Source of the DNA: the human T2T-CHM13v2.0 reference genome, Homo sapiens
Assembly (NCBI RefSeq): GCF_009914755.1
Contig: NC_060933.1
Length of the DNA stretch: 64,000 nt
Reading direction: 5' to 3' (one strand)
This document shows, in pieces, positions 19,120 to 32,430 of this stretch. How positions within the stretch are numbered: the stretch's first letter is position 1; the number at the start of each line of letters is the position of its first letter. Position numbers and translations under genes: made by a program. The notes under the pieces were generated by a model. The model did no database searches. It was not told the DNA's origin and was given only the letters and a program-made list of their open reading frames with translations.

Positions 19120-19930
19120 TTCTTAAGCTAAACTTTCAATTTTGAGATCATTGTAGATTCACATATAGCTGCAAGACATAACACAATAAATCCCATGTAC
19201 CCTTTACCCATTTTTCCCCAGTGGTAACATCTTGCAAGTCTGCAGCACAATATCACAACCATTATATAGATATTAATTTCCATCGCTGAAAGGATTCCTC
19301 AGTTTTCACTCATAGCCACATCCACTGCCAGTCTATGCTCACCTCTGAGCAAACCTGGGCACCCACCAATCTGTTCTTTATTTTTATAATTTTGTCACTT
19401 CAATAATGTTACGTAAATGGCATGATACAGTATGTAACCTTTTGCAATTGCCTTTTGTCACTCAGCATGAATTTCTAGAGTTTCATATGGGTTCTTTCTT
19501 TATACTTTATATTGCCACTTTATTGCTGACTAGTATTCCATGGTAAAGAGGAATCACAGTCTCTTCACTATTCATCCATTGAAGGACATTTGAACTGTTT
19601 CCAGTTTGGGGCCATTATGATAAAGGTGTTACAAATATCTATATGCAGTTTGCTATAGGAATGGAAGCATTACTTCTATGAGATAAATGCCCAGGACTAT
19701 GATTGTCAGGTCACATGATAATTATGTTTAGTTTTTTCTTTTTTCATTTTTTTGTTTTTACAAAACTACTGTACTCTATTTCAGCATGACTGTACCTTTT
19801 TACATTCAACCAGCAATGTTTGAGTGATCCAGTTTCTCTGCATTCTTATTAGAACATGCTGTTACAATTTATTTATTTTAGCCATTCTGTTCTGTATACA
19901 TATTAGACATGTTTCTAATTTGCTTAATGC
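19120..19930 (-). mobile_element. Old L1M (MB/MC-like) 3' end
   Basis: ttgtagattcacat...cccatgtaccctttaccca...cagtggtaacatcttgcaa; tagtattccatgg. Confidence 0.7.
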
Positions 19931-20050
19931 CACTTAAACATAGTCATTGTATAGCAACAGTATTTTTCTCTGAAGATATATCTTATTATATACACTTTTG
20001 CATAAACACACATAATATACTAATGTATACTCTTAGAAAGGTTACCTTTT

Positions 20051-23000
20051 GGGGGGCAGGGCCAAGATGGCTGAATAGGAACAGCTCTGGTCTGCAGCTC
20101 CCAGAGAGACCAATGCAGAAGGCAGGTCATTTCTGCATTTCCAACTGAGATACCAAGTTCATCTCATTGAGACTGGTTAGGCATTGGGTGCAACCCATGG
20201 AGGGTGAGCAGAAGCAGGGTGAAGTGTTGGTTCACCCAGGAAATGCAAGGAGCTGGAGGACCTCCCTCCCCCTGCCAAGGGAAGCCGTGAGGGACTGCGC
20301 TACCAGGCCAGGTTACTATGCTTTTCCCATGGTTTTTGCAATCGGCAAATCAGGGTATTCTCTCATGTGCCTACATAACCATGGCCCTGGCTTTCAAGCA
20401 CAAACCTGGGCGGCTGTTTAGGCAGACATGGAGCTACGTGAAGGAGTTTTTTTCATACCCCATTGGTGCCTGGAACCCCAGAGAGACAGAACTGTTCACG
20501 CCCCTGGAAATAGCTGAGGCCAGGGAGACAAGTGGTCTCACTCAGCAGGTCCTATTCCCATGGAGCCCAGCAAGCTAAGAACCACGCGCTTGAAATTCTC
20601 ACTACCAGCACAGCAGTCTGAAGTCAACCAGGGATGATCAAGCTTGGTGGGGGAGGGGCGTCCACCATTACTGAGGCTTTAGTAGGCAGATTTCCACAGA
20701 CAGTGCTAAAGAGATTGGGAGGTCTGGGCTGGGTGCAGCAACCCAGCTGTGGCCAGACTGTTTCGCTAGATTCCTCCTCTATGGGCAGGGCATCACGGAA
20801 AGAAAGGTAGCAGCTCCACTCAAGGGCTTACAGACAAAATCCCCATCTCCCTGGGAGAAGAGCACCTGGGGAAAGGGCAGCTGTGGTCATAGCTTCAGCA
20901 GATTTAATCTTTCCTGCCTGCTGGCTCTGAAGAGAGCAGCCAATCCTGACAAGAAGGATTTTCCCAGCACAGTGCAACAGCTCTGCTAAGGGACAGACTG
21001 CCTCCTCAAGTGGGTTCCTGACCCCCGTGCCTCCTGACAGGGAAAGACCTCCCAACAGGGGTTGAGGGACACCTCATACAGGAGAGCTCCAGCTGGCATC
21101 AGGCCAGTGCCCCTCTGGGACGAAGCTTCCAGAGGAAGGAGCAGGCAGCAATCTTCGCTGTTCTGCAGCCTCCACTAGTGATACCCAAGAAAACAGGGTC
21201 TAGAGTGGACCTCCAGGAAACTGCAGCAGACCAGCAGAAGAGGGGTCTGAGTGTTAGAAGAAAAACTAACAAATGGGAAGCAACAACATTAACATCAACA
21301 TAAAGGACCCCCACACAAAATCCCCATCCAAAGGCCATAAGCCTCAAAAATCAAAGGTAGATAAATCCATGAAGATGAGGATAAACCAGCACAAAAATGC
21401 TGAAAACTACAAAAACCAGAATGCCTCTTCTCCAAATGATTGCAAGTCCTCTCCAGCAAGGGCACAAAACTAGATGGAGAATGAGATTGATGAATTGACA
21501 GAAGTAGGCTTCAGAAGGCGGGTAATAACAAACTCCTCTGAGCTAAAGGAGCATGTTCTAACACAATGCAAAGAAGTTAAGAAACTTGATAAAAGGTTAC
21601 AAGAACTGCTAACTAGAATAACCAGTTTAGAGAGGAACATAAATGACCTGATGGAGGTGACAAACACAGCAAGAGAACTTCATGAAACATACACAAGTAT
21701 GAACAGCCGAATCGATCAAGTGGAAGAAAGGATATAAGAGATTGAAGATCAACTTACTGAAATAATGTGTGAAGACAAGATTAGAGAAAAAAGAATGAAA
21801 AGGAATGAACAAAGCCTCCAAGAAATATGGAACCCCACTATGTGTAAAGACCAAACCTACGATTGATTGGTGTATCCAAAAGTAATGGGGAGAATGGAAC
21901 CAAGTTGGAAAACACACTTCGGGGTATTACCCAGGAGAACTTCCCCAACATAGCAAGACAGGCCAATATTCAAATTCAGGAAATACAGAGAACACCACTA
22001 AGACACTCTTGAGAAAAGCAACCCCAAGACACATAATCATCAGATTATCCAAGGTTGAAATGAAGGAAAAAATGTTAAGGGCAGCCAGAGAGAAAGGTGA
22101 GGTTACCTGCAAAGGGAAGCCCAGCAGACTAATAGTGGATCTCTCTGCAGAAACCCTACAAGCCAGAAGAGACTGGGTGCCAACATTCAACATTCTTAAA
22201 GAAAAAATATTTCAACCAAGAATTTCATATCCAGCCAAACTAAGCTTCATAAGTGAAAGAGAAATCAAATCATTTCCAGACAAGCAAATAATGAGGGATT
22301 TTGTCACCACCAGGCCTGCCTTACAAGAGCTGCTGAAAGAAGCACTAAACATGGAAGGGAAAAACTGCTACCAGCCACTGTAAAAACACATCAAAATATA
22401 AAGACTAATGACACTATGAAGAAACTGCGTCAACTAATGTACAAAATAACCAGCTAGCATCAAGATGACAAGATCAAATTCACACCTAACAATGTAATAA
22501 CCTTAAATGAAAATGTACTAAATGCCCCAATTAAAAGACACAGACTGGCATATTGGATAAAGAGTCAAGACCCATTGGTGTGCTGTATTCAGGGGACCCA
22601 TCTCACATGCAAAGACACGCATAGGTTAAAAATAAAGGGATGGAGGAATATTTACAAAGCAAATAGAAAGCAAAAAAGAAAAAAAATAAAAAGAGCAGGG
22701 GTTGCAATCCTAGTCTCTCATAAAACAGATTTTAAACCCACAAAGATAAAAAAAAAAAGACAAAGAAGGGCATTACATAATGATAAAGGGATCAATGGTA
22801 CAAGAAGAGCTAACTATCCTAAATACATATGCGCCCAATACAGCAGCACCCAGATCCATAAAACAAGTTCCTGGAGACTTACAAAGAGACTAAGACTCCC
22901 ACACAATAATAGTGGGAGACTTTAACACCCCACTGTCAATATTGGATCAATGAGACAGAAAATCACCAAGGATATTCAAAACTTGATCTCAGCTCTAGAC

Positions 23001-26000
23001 CAAGTGGACCTAATAGACATCTGCAGATCTCTCCACCCCAAATCAACATAATATACATTCTTCTCAGTGCCACATAGCACGTATTCTAAAATCGACCACA
23101 TAATTGGAAGTAAAACACTCCTCAGCAAATGCAGAATAAGTGAAATCATGAGAAACAGTCTCTAAGACCACAGTGCAATCAAATTAGAACTCAGGATTAA
23201 GAAAGTCACTCAAAACCACACAACTACATGGAAACTGAACAACTTGCTCCTAAATGACTACTGGGTAAATAACGAAATTAAGGCAGAAATAACGAAGTTC
23301 TTTGAAACCAATGAGAACAAAGACACAATGTACCAGTATCTCTGGAATACAGCTAAAGAGTGGTAAGATGAAAATTTATAGCACTAAATGCCCACATTGG
23401 AAAGATGGAAAGATCTAAAACCAACACCCCAACATCACAATTAAAAGAACTGGAGAAGCAAGAGCAAACAAATTCAAGAGCTAGCAGACGACAAGAAATA
23501 ACTAAGATCAGAGCAGAACTGAAGGAGATAGAAACATGGAAAACCCTTCAAAATATCAATGAATGCAGGAGCTGGTTTTTTGAAAAGATTAACAAATAGA
23601 TGGACTGCTAGCTAGACAAATGAAGAAGAAAAGAGAGAAGAATCAAATAGAAAAATATAAATTGATAAAGATGATATAACCACTGATCACACATAAATAC
23701 AAGCTACCATCAGAGAATACTGTAAACATCTCTATGCAAATAAACTAGAAAATCTAGAAGAAATGTATAAATTCCTGGACACATACACCCTCTCAAGACT
23801 AAACCAGGAAGAAGTCGAATCCCTGAATAGACCAATAACAAGTTCTGAAATTGACACTGTAACTAATAGCCTACCAACCAAAAAAAGCCCAGGATCAGAC
23901 AGATTCATAGCCAAATTCTACCAGAGGTACAGTGAAGCTGGTACCATTCCTTCTGAAAGTATTCCAAACAATAGAAATATAGAGACTTTTCCCTAATTCA
24001 TTTTGTGTGACCTTCATCATCCTGTTACCAAAACCTGGCAGAGACAAAACAAAAGAAGAAAATTTCAGGCCAGTATCCATGATGAACATCGATGCAAAAA
24101 TCCACAATAAACTACTGGAAAACTGAATCCAGCAGCACATCAAAAAGCTTATCCACCACGATCAAGTTGGCTTCATCCCTGGGATGCAAGACTGGTTCAA
24201 CATATGAAGATCAATAAATGTAATCCATTACATAAACAGAACCATTGACAAAAACCACATGATGATCTCAATAGACGTAGAAAAGGCCTTCAATAAAATT
24301 CAACATCCCTTCATGATAAAAACTCTCGAAAAACTAGAGATTGATGGAACATATCTCAAAATAATAAGAGCTATTTATGACAAACCCATAGCTAATATCA
24401 TACTAAATGGGCAAATGCTGGAAATGTTGCCTTTGAAAACTGGCACGAGACAAGGACCCTCTCCCACCACTCCTATTCAACATACTATTGGAAGTTCTGG
24501 ATGGGGCAATCAGGCAAGAGAAAGAAATAAAAGGTATTCAGATAGGAAGAGAGGAAGTCAAATTGTCTCCGTTTGCAGGCGACATGATTATATATTTAGA
24601 AAACCCATCGTCTTAGCCCAAAGTCTCCTTAAGCTGATAAGCAACTTAAGCAAAGTCTCAGGATACAAAATCAGTGTGCATTCCTATACACCAACAACAG
24701 GCAAGCAGAGAGCCAAGTCATGAGTGAACTCCCATTTACAATTGCTACAAAGAGAATAAAATACCTAGGAATACAACTTACGAGGGTCATAAAGGACCTC
24801 TTCAAGGAGAACTACAAACAACTGCTCTAAGAAATAAGAGCAGACATAATCAAATGGGAAAGCATTCCATGCTCATGGATAGGAAGAATCAATATTGTGA
24901 AAATTGCCATACTGCCAAAAGTAATTTATAGATTCAATGCTATTCCCATCAAGCTACCATTGACTTTCTTTGCAGAATTAGAAAAAATTACTTTAAATTT
25001 CATATGGAACTAAAAATGACCTTGTATAGCCAAGACAATTCTAAGCAAAAAGAACAAAGCTGCAGGCATCACGCTACCTGACTTCAAACTACACTACAAG
25101 GCTACAGTAACCAAAACAGCATGGTACTGATACCAACACAGACATATAGAACAATGAAACAGAACAGAGACCTCAGAAATAACACCACATATCTACAACC
25201 ATCTGGTCTTCAACAAACCTGACAAAAACAAGCAATGGGGAAATGTTTCTCTATTTAATAAATGGTGCTGGGAAAACTGGCTAGCCATATGCATAAAACA
25301 GAAACTGGACCCCTTCCTTACACCTTATGCAAAAATTAACTGAAGATGGATTAAAGACTTAAATGTAAAATCCAAAACCATAAAAACCCTAGAAGAATAC
25401 CTAGGCAATACCTTTCAGGGCATAGGTATGGGCAAAGACATCATGACTAAAACACAAAAAGCAATTGCAACAAAAGCCTAAATTGACAAATGGGATCTAA
25501 TTAAACTAAAGAGCTTCTGCAGAGCCCAAAAACAAAACAAACAAACAAACAAACAAAAAAACTATCATCAGAGTGAACAGGCAACCTACATAATGGGAGA
25601 ACATTTTTCAAGCTACCCTTCTGACGAAGGTCTAATATCCAGAATCTACAAGGAACTTAAATAAATTTACAAGAAAAAAAAAAAACTCCATCAGAAAGTG
25701 GGCAAATGATATGAACTGACACTTCTCAAAAGAGGACATTTATGTGCCCAAAAAACGTATGAGAAAAGCTCATCATCACTAGTCATAAGAGACATGCAAA
25801 TCAAAATCATAATGAGATACCATCCCATGTCGGTTAGAGTGGTGATCATTAAAAAGTCAAGAAACAACAGATGCTGGAGAGGATGTGGAGAAATAAGAAT
25901 GCTTCTACACTGTTGGCAGGAGTGTAAATTAGTTCACCCATTGTGGAGGACTGTGTGGCGATTCCTCAAGGATCTAGAACCAGAAATACCATTTGACCCA

Positions 26001-26557
26001 TCAATCCCATTACTCGGTGTATACCCAAAGGATTATAAACCATTCTACTATAAAGACACATGTGCACATATATTTATTGCAGCACTATTTACAATAACAA
26101 AGACTTGGAACCAATCCAAATGCCCATAAATGATAGACTTGATAAAGAAAATGTGGCACATATACACCATGGAATACTCTGCAGCCATAAAAAATGATGA
26201 GTTAATGTCCTTTGCAGGGACATGGATGAAGCTAGAAGCCATCATTCTCAGCAAACTAACACAGAAACAGAAAACCAAACACCACATATCCTTACTCATA
26301 AGTGGGAGCTGAATAATGAGAGCACATGGACACAAGGAGGGGAACATCATAAACTGAGGCCTGTCAGGGGTAGGGATCTAGGGGAGGGAGAGCATTAAGA
26401 CAAACACCTAATGCATGCGGGGCTTAAAACCTAGATGATGGGTTGATGGGTGCACCATAGCACCATGGTACATATATGCCTGTGTAACAAACCTGTGTGA
26501 TCTGCACATGTATCCCAGAACTTACAGTAAAATAAAATAATAATAATAACATAAATA
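20051..26557 (+). mobile_element. Full-length LINE-1 (L1PA7/8-like), ORF1 and ORF2 disrupted
   Basis: 5' ggggggcagggccaagatggctgaatagg (YY1 site); ORF1 peptides 21369-22383 (RATPRHII-like, QARRDW, YPAKLSF); ORF2 fragments to ~26310; 16-bp TSD at 20035-20050 and 26558-26573 (14/16). Confidence 0.96.
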
Positions 26558-27697
26558 AGAAAGTTTACATTTTCAGTTATATGGTGTAAGATGTCCTTGG
26601 TCAAGGTAGATGTGAGCACCAGGACAAGGAAAAAAAAACAATAGAATATCATCTGACAAACGCTCTTAACCTATCAACATCTTGCACAAGCTGTGATATT
26701 TCTGTGACTTATGTAATATGCTACACTATAGCCAATAGTGCCTGTTTATCTAATGCTATAGTCAACTTTTCTATTTATCAGGGCTGTGAAATTTGTACAA
26801 ATGCTGGTAGTAAAACTGCAGAAGAGAATCAAATGATGGTTATTACAGTGATATTAAGATGAATGCATTCTGTTATGTTGTTGTATTAATAAAAATCAGT
26901 AGTATATTAGTACACCAATACTGTTCAAGCTGAGGGTCAAATCAATAATCCAATTATATTTACAACAGCCACACACCCACAAACAAAGCTTCTAGGGATA
27001 CATCTAACTAAGGAGGTAAAGTATCATTATAAGGAGAAGTACAAAACATTGCTGAAAGAAATCAGAGATGACACAAACAAATGGAAAAACATTCCATGCT
27101 AATGGAGGGGAAGAATCACTGTCATTAAAATGGTCATACTGCTGAAGCAGTTTACAGATTCAATGCTATTCCTATAAAACTACAAATGTCATTTGTCGCA
27201 GAATTTGAAAACAAAAAACTATGCTAAAATTTATAGAGAACCAAAAAGAGCCTAAATAGACAAAGCAATCCTAAGCAAAAAGAACAAAACTGGAGGCATC
27301 ACAATACTCAACTTCAAACTATACTAGAAACGTAACTTAACCAAAACAGTATGGTATTTGTATTAAAAACAGACATATAGATCAGTGAAACAGCATAGAG
27401 AACTCATAAATAAAGCCGCACACCTACAACTATCTGATTGTCAACAAACTTAGAAAAAATAAACAATAGTGAAAGAACTCCTTACTCAATAAATGATGCT
27501 GGGATAACTGGCTACTCAGATGCAGAAGAACTGGACCCCTACCTATTAACATATACAGAAATTAACTCAAGATGGATTGAAGACTTAAGTGTATAACCTA
27601 AAACCATAAAAATTCCAGAAGAAAATTTAAGAAATATCCTTCTTAATATTGGCCTTGGTAAAAAATGTACATGTAAGTCCTTAAAAGCAATCAAAAC

Positions 27698-28233
27698 ATT
27701 TAGTTCTTTAAGGAATCTCCACACTGTTTTCCATAGGGGTTGTACTAGTTTACATTCCCACCAGCGATGTAAAAGTGTTCCCCTTTAACTGCATCTCTGC
27801 CAACATCTATTACTTTTTGATTTTTTGATTATGGCCATTCTTGCAGGAGATCATTAGTGATGTTGAGCATTTTTTCATATATTTCTTGGTCATTTGTATA
27901 TCTTCTTTTGAGAATTGTCTATTCATGTCCTTAGCCTATTTTTATATGGGATATTTTTTTCTTTTTAATTTGTTTGAGTTCCTTGTAAACTCTGGATATT
28001 AGTTCTTTGCTGGATGTATATAGATTGTGAAGATTTTCTCCCACTCTTCAAGTTGTCTGTTTACTCTGCTGCCTATCATTTGATCCAGCAATCCTACTAT
28101 GGGGTATCTACCTAGAGAAAAAGCAGCCATTATATGAAAAAGATACTTGCACATGCATGTTTCTAGCAAATGCAAAAATGTAAAACTGCCCAAATGCCCA
28201 TCAATCAATGAGTGGGTAAGAAGTTGTGATATG

Positions 28234-28264
<31 letters not shown>

Positions 28265-28300
28265 GTATATACATATATAGATATATAATAGTATTCCATG

Positions 28301-28364
<64 letters not shown>

Positions 28365-28840
28365 CATGGAATATACACCATGGAATACTATATATACCAT
28401 GGAATACTAAATATACCATGGCATATATGTATACCATGGAATACTATTCAGCCATAAAAAGGAATGAAATAATGGCATTCACAGAAACCTGGATGGAATT
28501 GGAGACCATCATTCTAAGTGAAGTAAGAACAGGAATGGAAAACCAAACATCGTATGTTCTCACTCATAAGTGGGAGCTAAGTTATGGGAATGCAAAAGCA
28601 TAAGAATGATACAACGGATGTTGGGGACTTAAGGGAAAGGATGGGAGGGGGGTGAGGGATAAAAGACTAAAAGATAAAAGAATAACTGGGCATAGTGTGT
28701 ACTGCTCGGGTGATGGGTGCACTGAAATCTCACAAATCACCACTAAAAAATTTACTCATGTAACCAGACACCACTTGTTCCACGAAAACTAAGGAAATAA
28801 AAAATAAACAAAAAAACAAAGAAAGAGAAAAGCATTTTTA
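27698..28840 (+). mobile_element. 5'-inverted L1PB1-like insertion
   Basis: Antisense 27698-28070, sense 28071-28840; TSD aaaagcaatYRaaa at 27683 and 28841; 3'UTR gcataagaatgatacaa. Confidence 0.85.
28232..28447. repeat. Compound (CA)n/(TG)n/(TA)23 microsatellite with tandem and inverted ccatggaata units
   Basis: Read directly from the sequence. Confidence 0.95.
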
Positions 28841-29519
28841 AAAAGCAATTGAAAGAAAAACAAATATTGGTAACTGGGACCTAATTAAACTAAAGAGCTA
28901 ATGCACAGCAAGATAAACAATCAAGGGAGTGAAGAGACAACCTACAGGATGGTGGAAAATATTCATAAATTCCACATCTAACAAAAGCATAATTTCCAGC
29001 ATCTACAAGGAACTTAAATAAGCAGCTGAAAAGCAAATAATTCCATAATAAAGTTGGCAAAGGACATCAACAGATCCTTCTCAAAAACAGGACATACAAG
29101 CAGTCAATAAACACCTGAAAAAACACTCATTATCATAAATCATCAGAGAAATTTAAATCAAAACCACAATGAGATACCATCTTCTACTAGTCAGAATGAC
29201 CTTGGCTAAAAAATCAGAAAATAACAGCTGTTGGTAAAGCCACACAGAAAAGGCAAAACTTAAACACTGTTGGTGGGAATGTAAATTAGTTCAGCTACTG
29301 TGGAAAGCAATTTGGGAATTTCTCAAAGAACTAAGAGTCAAACTACCATTTTACCCAGCAATCCCATTACTGGGTATATACCCAAAGGAAAATAATTGTT
29401 TCTACCAAAAGAAACAGTCACCCATATGTTCATTGCAGCACTATTTATAATAATAAAACTGTGAAATCAATCAAGGTGCTCATCAACAGTGGGTCAGATA
29501 AAGAAAACATGGTGCATAG

Positions 29520-32430
29520 AAAAAAGAAGATCCAAATAAGCTCAATTAGAAATGAAACTGAATACATTACAAACGACACCACAGAAATACAAAAGATTAT
29601 TTGAAACTACTATCAACACCCCTTTGTGCAGAAACTAGATAAACTAGAAGAAATGGTCAAATTCCTGGAAATATACAATCCTCCTCTGTTAAATTAGGAA
29701 AAAAATAGAAACTTTGAACAGACCAATAACAAGCAGTAAGATTGAGTCAGTAATTTAAAAACTGCCAGCAACAACAAGGCCCAAGACCAGACAGATTTAC
29801 AGCTGAATTCTTTCAGACACTCAAAGAAAAGGTATTAGAATCCTGCTGAAACTATTCCAAAAGATTGAGAAAGAAGGAATCCTCCCTAAATCATTCGATA
29901 AACCTAGTATCACTCTGATACCAAAACCAGGAAAGGACAAAACAAAAAAAGAAAACTACAGGCCAATTTCCCTGATGAACATAGATGCAAAAGTCTTCAA
30001 CAAGATACCAGCTAACCAAATCCAACAGCACATCAAAAAGATAATATATAATGTTCAAGTGGGTTTCATCCCATGGATGCAGGGATAGTTTAATATATAT
30101 ATATACACACACGTACATATGCCAATAAATATGATACCTCACATAAACAGAATTCAAAAAAAACCATAAGATCATCTCAATAGTTGCAGAAAAAGCATTC
30201 AACGAAATCCAGCATCCCTTTATAATAAAAGCTGAAAATAAACTAGGCGTAGAAGAGACCCATCTCAAAATAATGAAAAGCCATATATGACAAACCCACA
30301 TCTAACATCACACTGAATGGAGAAAAGTTGAAAGCATTACCCCCAAGAATAGGAACAAGACAAGGATGCCCAGTTTCATTACTTTTATTCAACATATTTC
30401 TGGAAATACTAGCCAGAGAAATTAGGCAAGAGAAAGAAATGCATCCAAATTGGAAAAGAGGAAATCAAACTATTGCTATTTGCAGATTATATGATTGTAT
30501 ACCTAGAAAATCCTAAAGACTCCTCCAGAAGACTCTTAGATTTGATAAACAAATTCAGTAAAGTCTCAAGTTACAAAATCAATGTACACAAATCAGTAGC
30601 ACTGCTATACTACAGCAACAACCAAGCTGATAATCCAATCAAGAACTCAATACCTTTTACAACAGCTGCCAAAAAAATGAAACCAAACATAGGAATATAC
30701 TTAACCAACAACGTGAAAGATCTCTACCAGGAGAACTGTAAAACACTGGTGAAGAAATAATAAATGACACAAACAATTGGAAACACATCCCATGCTCATA
30801 GATTGGAAGAATCAATATTGTGAAAATAACCATACTGCCCAAAGAAATCTTCAGATTTAATGCAATTCCCATGAAAATCCAATGTAATTTTTCATAAATT
30901 AGAAAAAACAATTCTAAAATGCATATGGAACCAAAAAATAACTTGAATAGCCAAAATAATCCTAAATAAAACGAACAAATCTGGAAGCATCACATTACCA
31001 GACTTCAAATTATACTACAAGGCCATAGTTATCAAAACAGCATGATACTGGTGTAAAAGTAAGCACATAGACCAATGGAATATAATAGAGAACCCAGAAA
31101 TAAAGCCAAATATGTACAGCAAACTGATCTTTGACAAAGCACACAGAAACATAAATTGGGGAGTGGACACTCTATTTAATGAATGGTACTAGGAAAACTG
31201 GCAAGCCACATGTAGAAGAATAAAACTGGATCTCTATCTCTCACCTTATACAAAAATCAACTCAAGATGGATAAAACACTTAAATATAAGACCTAAAACC
31301 ATAAAAATTCTAGAAGACACTGCTGCAAAAACTCTTATAGACATCAGCCTTGGCAAAGAATTTATTACTAATACTCCAGAAGCAAGTCCAACAAAAGTAA
31401 AATCAATAAATGGGACCTAATTAACCTAAAAATCTTCTGCAAAGGAAAAGAAATAATTAACAGAGTAAATAGACAACTCATAGAATGGGAGAAAATATTT
31501 GCAAACTGTGCATCTGACAAAGGACTAGTATCCAGAACCTACAAGGAACTCAAGCAAATCTCTAAAAAAAAAAAAAAGAAAAAGCACAAATAATCCCAAT
31601 AAAAAGTGGGCAAAGGACACGAATAGACATTTCTCAAAAGAAGATATACAAACGGCCAATAAACATCCAAAAAAATGCTCAACACCACTAATCATCAGGG
31701 AAATGCAAATTAAAACCACAATGAGATACCACCTTACTCCTACAAAAATGGCCACTATTAAAAAGTCAAAAACTAATAGATGCTGACATGAATGTAGGGC
31801 AAAAGGAACACTTATACACTTCTGGTGGGAACGTAAATTAGTACAACCTCTATGGAAAAAAGTATAGAGATTTTTTGAACTGCTAAAAGTAGATCTACAA
31901 GTTGATCCAGCAATCCCGCTATTGATTATCCATCCAAAGGAAAAGAAGTCATTATATGAAAAAGAAACTTGCACAATTTGGAATTACAAAGATGTGGAAC
32001 CAACCTAAGTGTCCATCGACTAATGAGTGGATAAAGAAAATATAGTGTATACACACCATGGATTACTACTCAGCCATTAAAAGGAATGAAATAAAGTCTT
32101 TTGCAGAAGCTAGGATGGAGCTGGAGGCCATTATTCTGAGTGAAGTAACATAGGAGTAGAAAACCAAAAACCGTGCTTTGACACTTATAAGTGGAAGCAA
32201 AGCTATGAGCAAGTGAAGGCATACAGAGTAATATAATGGACTTAAGAGACTCAGAAGGAAAAGGATGGCAGGGGGGCTAGGGATGAAAAAACCACACATT
32301 AGATACAATGTCTACTACTTGGATGACAGGTGCACTAAAAGCTCAGAATTCACCACTGTAAAGTTTATCCATAACAAAAAACAAACAAACAAACAAACTT
32401 GTACCCAAAAGCTATTGAAAAAAAAATTTA
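29520..32430 (+). mobile_element. 5'-truncated L1PB-like insertion (RT to 3'UTR)
   Basis: ORF2 register jumps back at 29520; RT motif [13 protein letters not shown] at 30473; own 3'UTR and A-tail end at ~32427. Confidence 0.85.

Noticed and set aside
20051-26557. Retrotransposition-competent L1
   Set aside because: Multiple stops and frameshifts in both ORFs.
28360-28447. CRISPR-like repeat array
   Set aside because: Short units with TA-type linkers inside an L1, in eukaryotic DNA; no unique spacers or cas genes.
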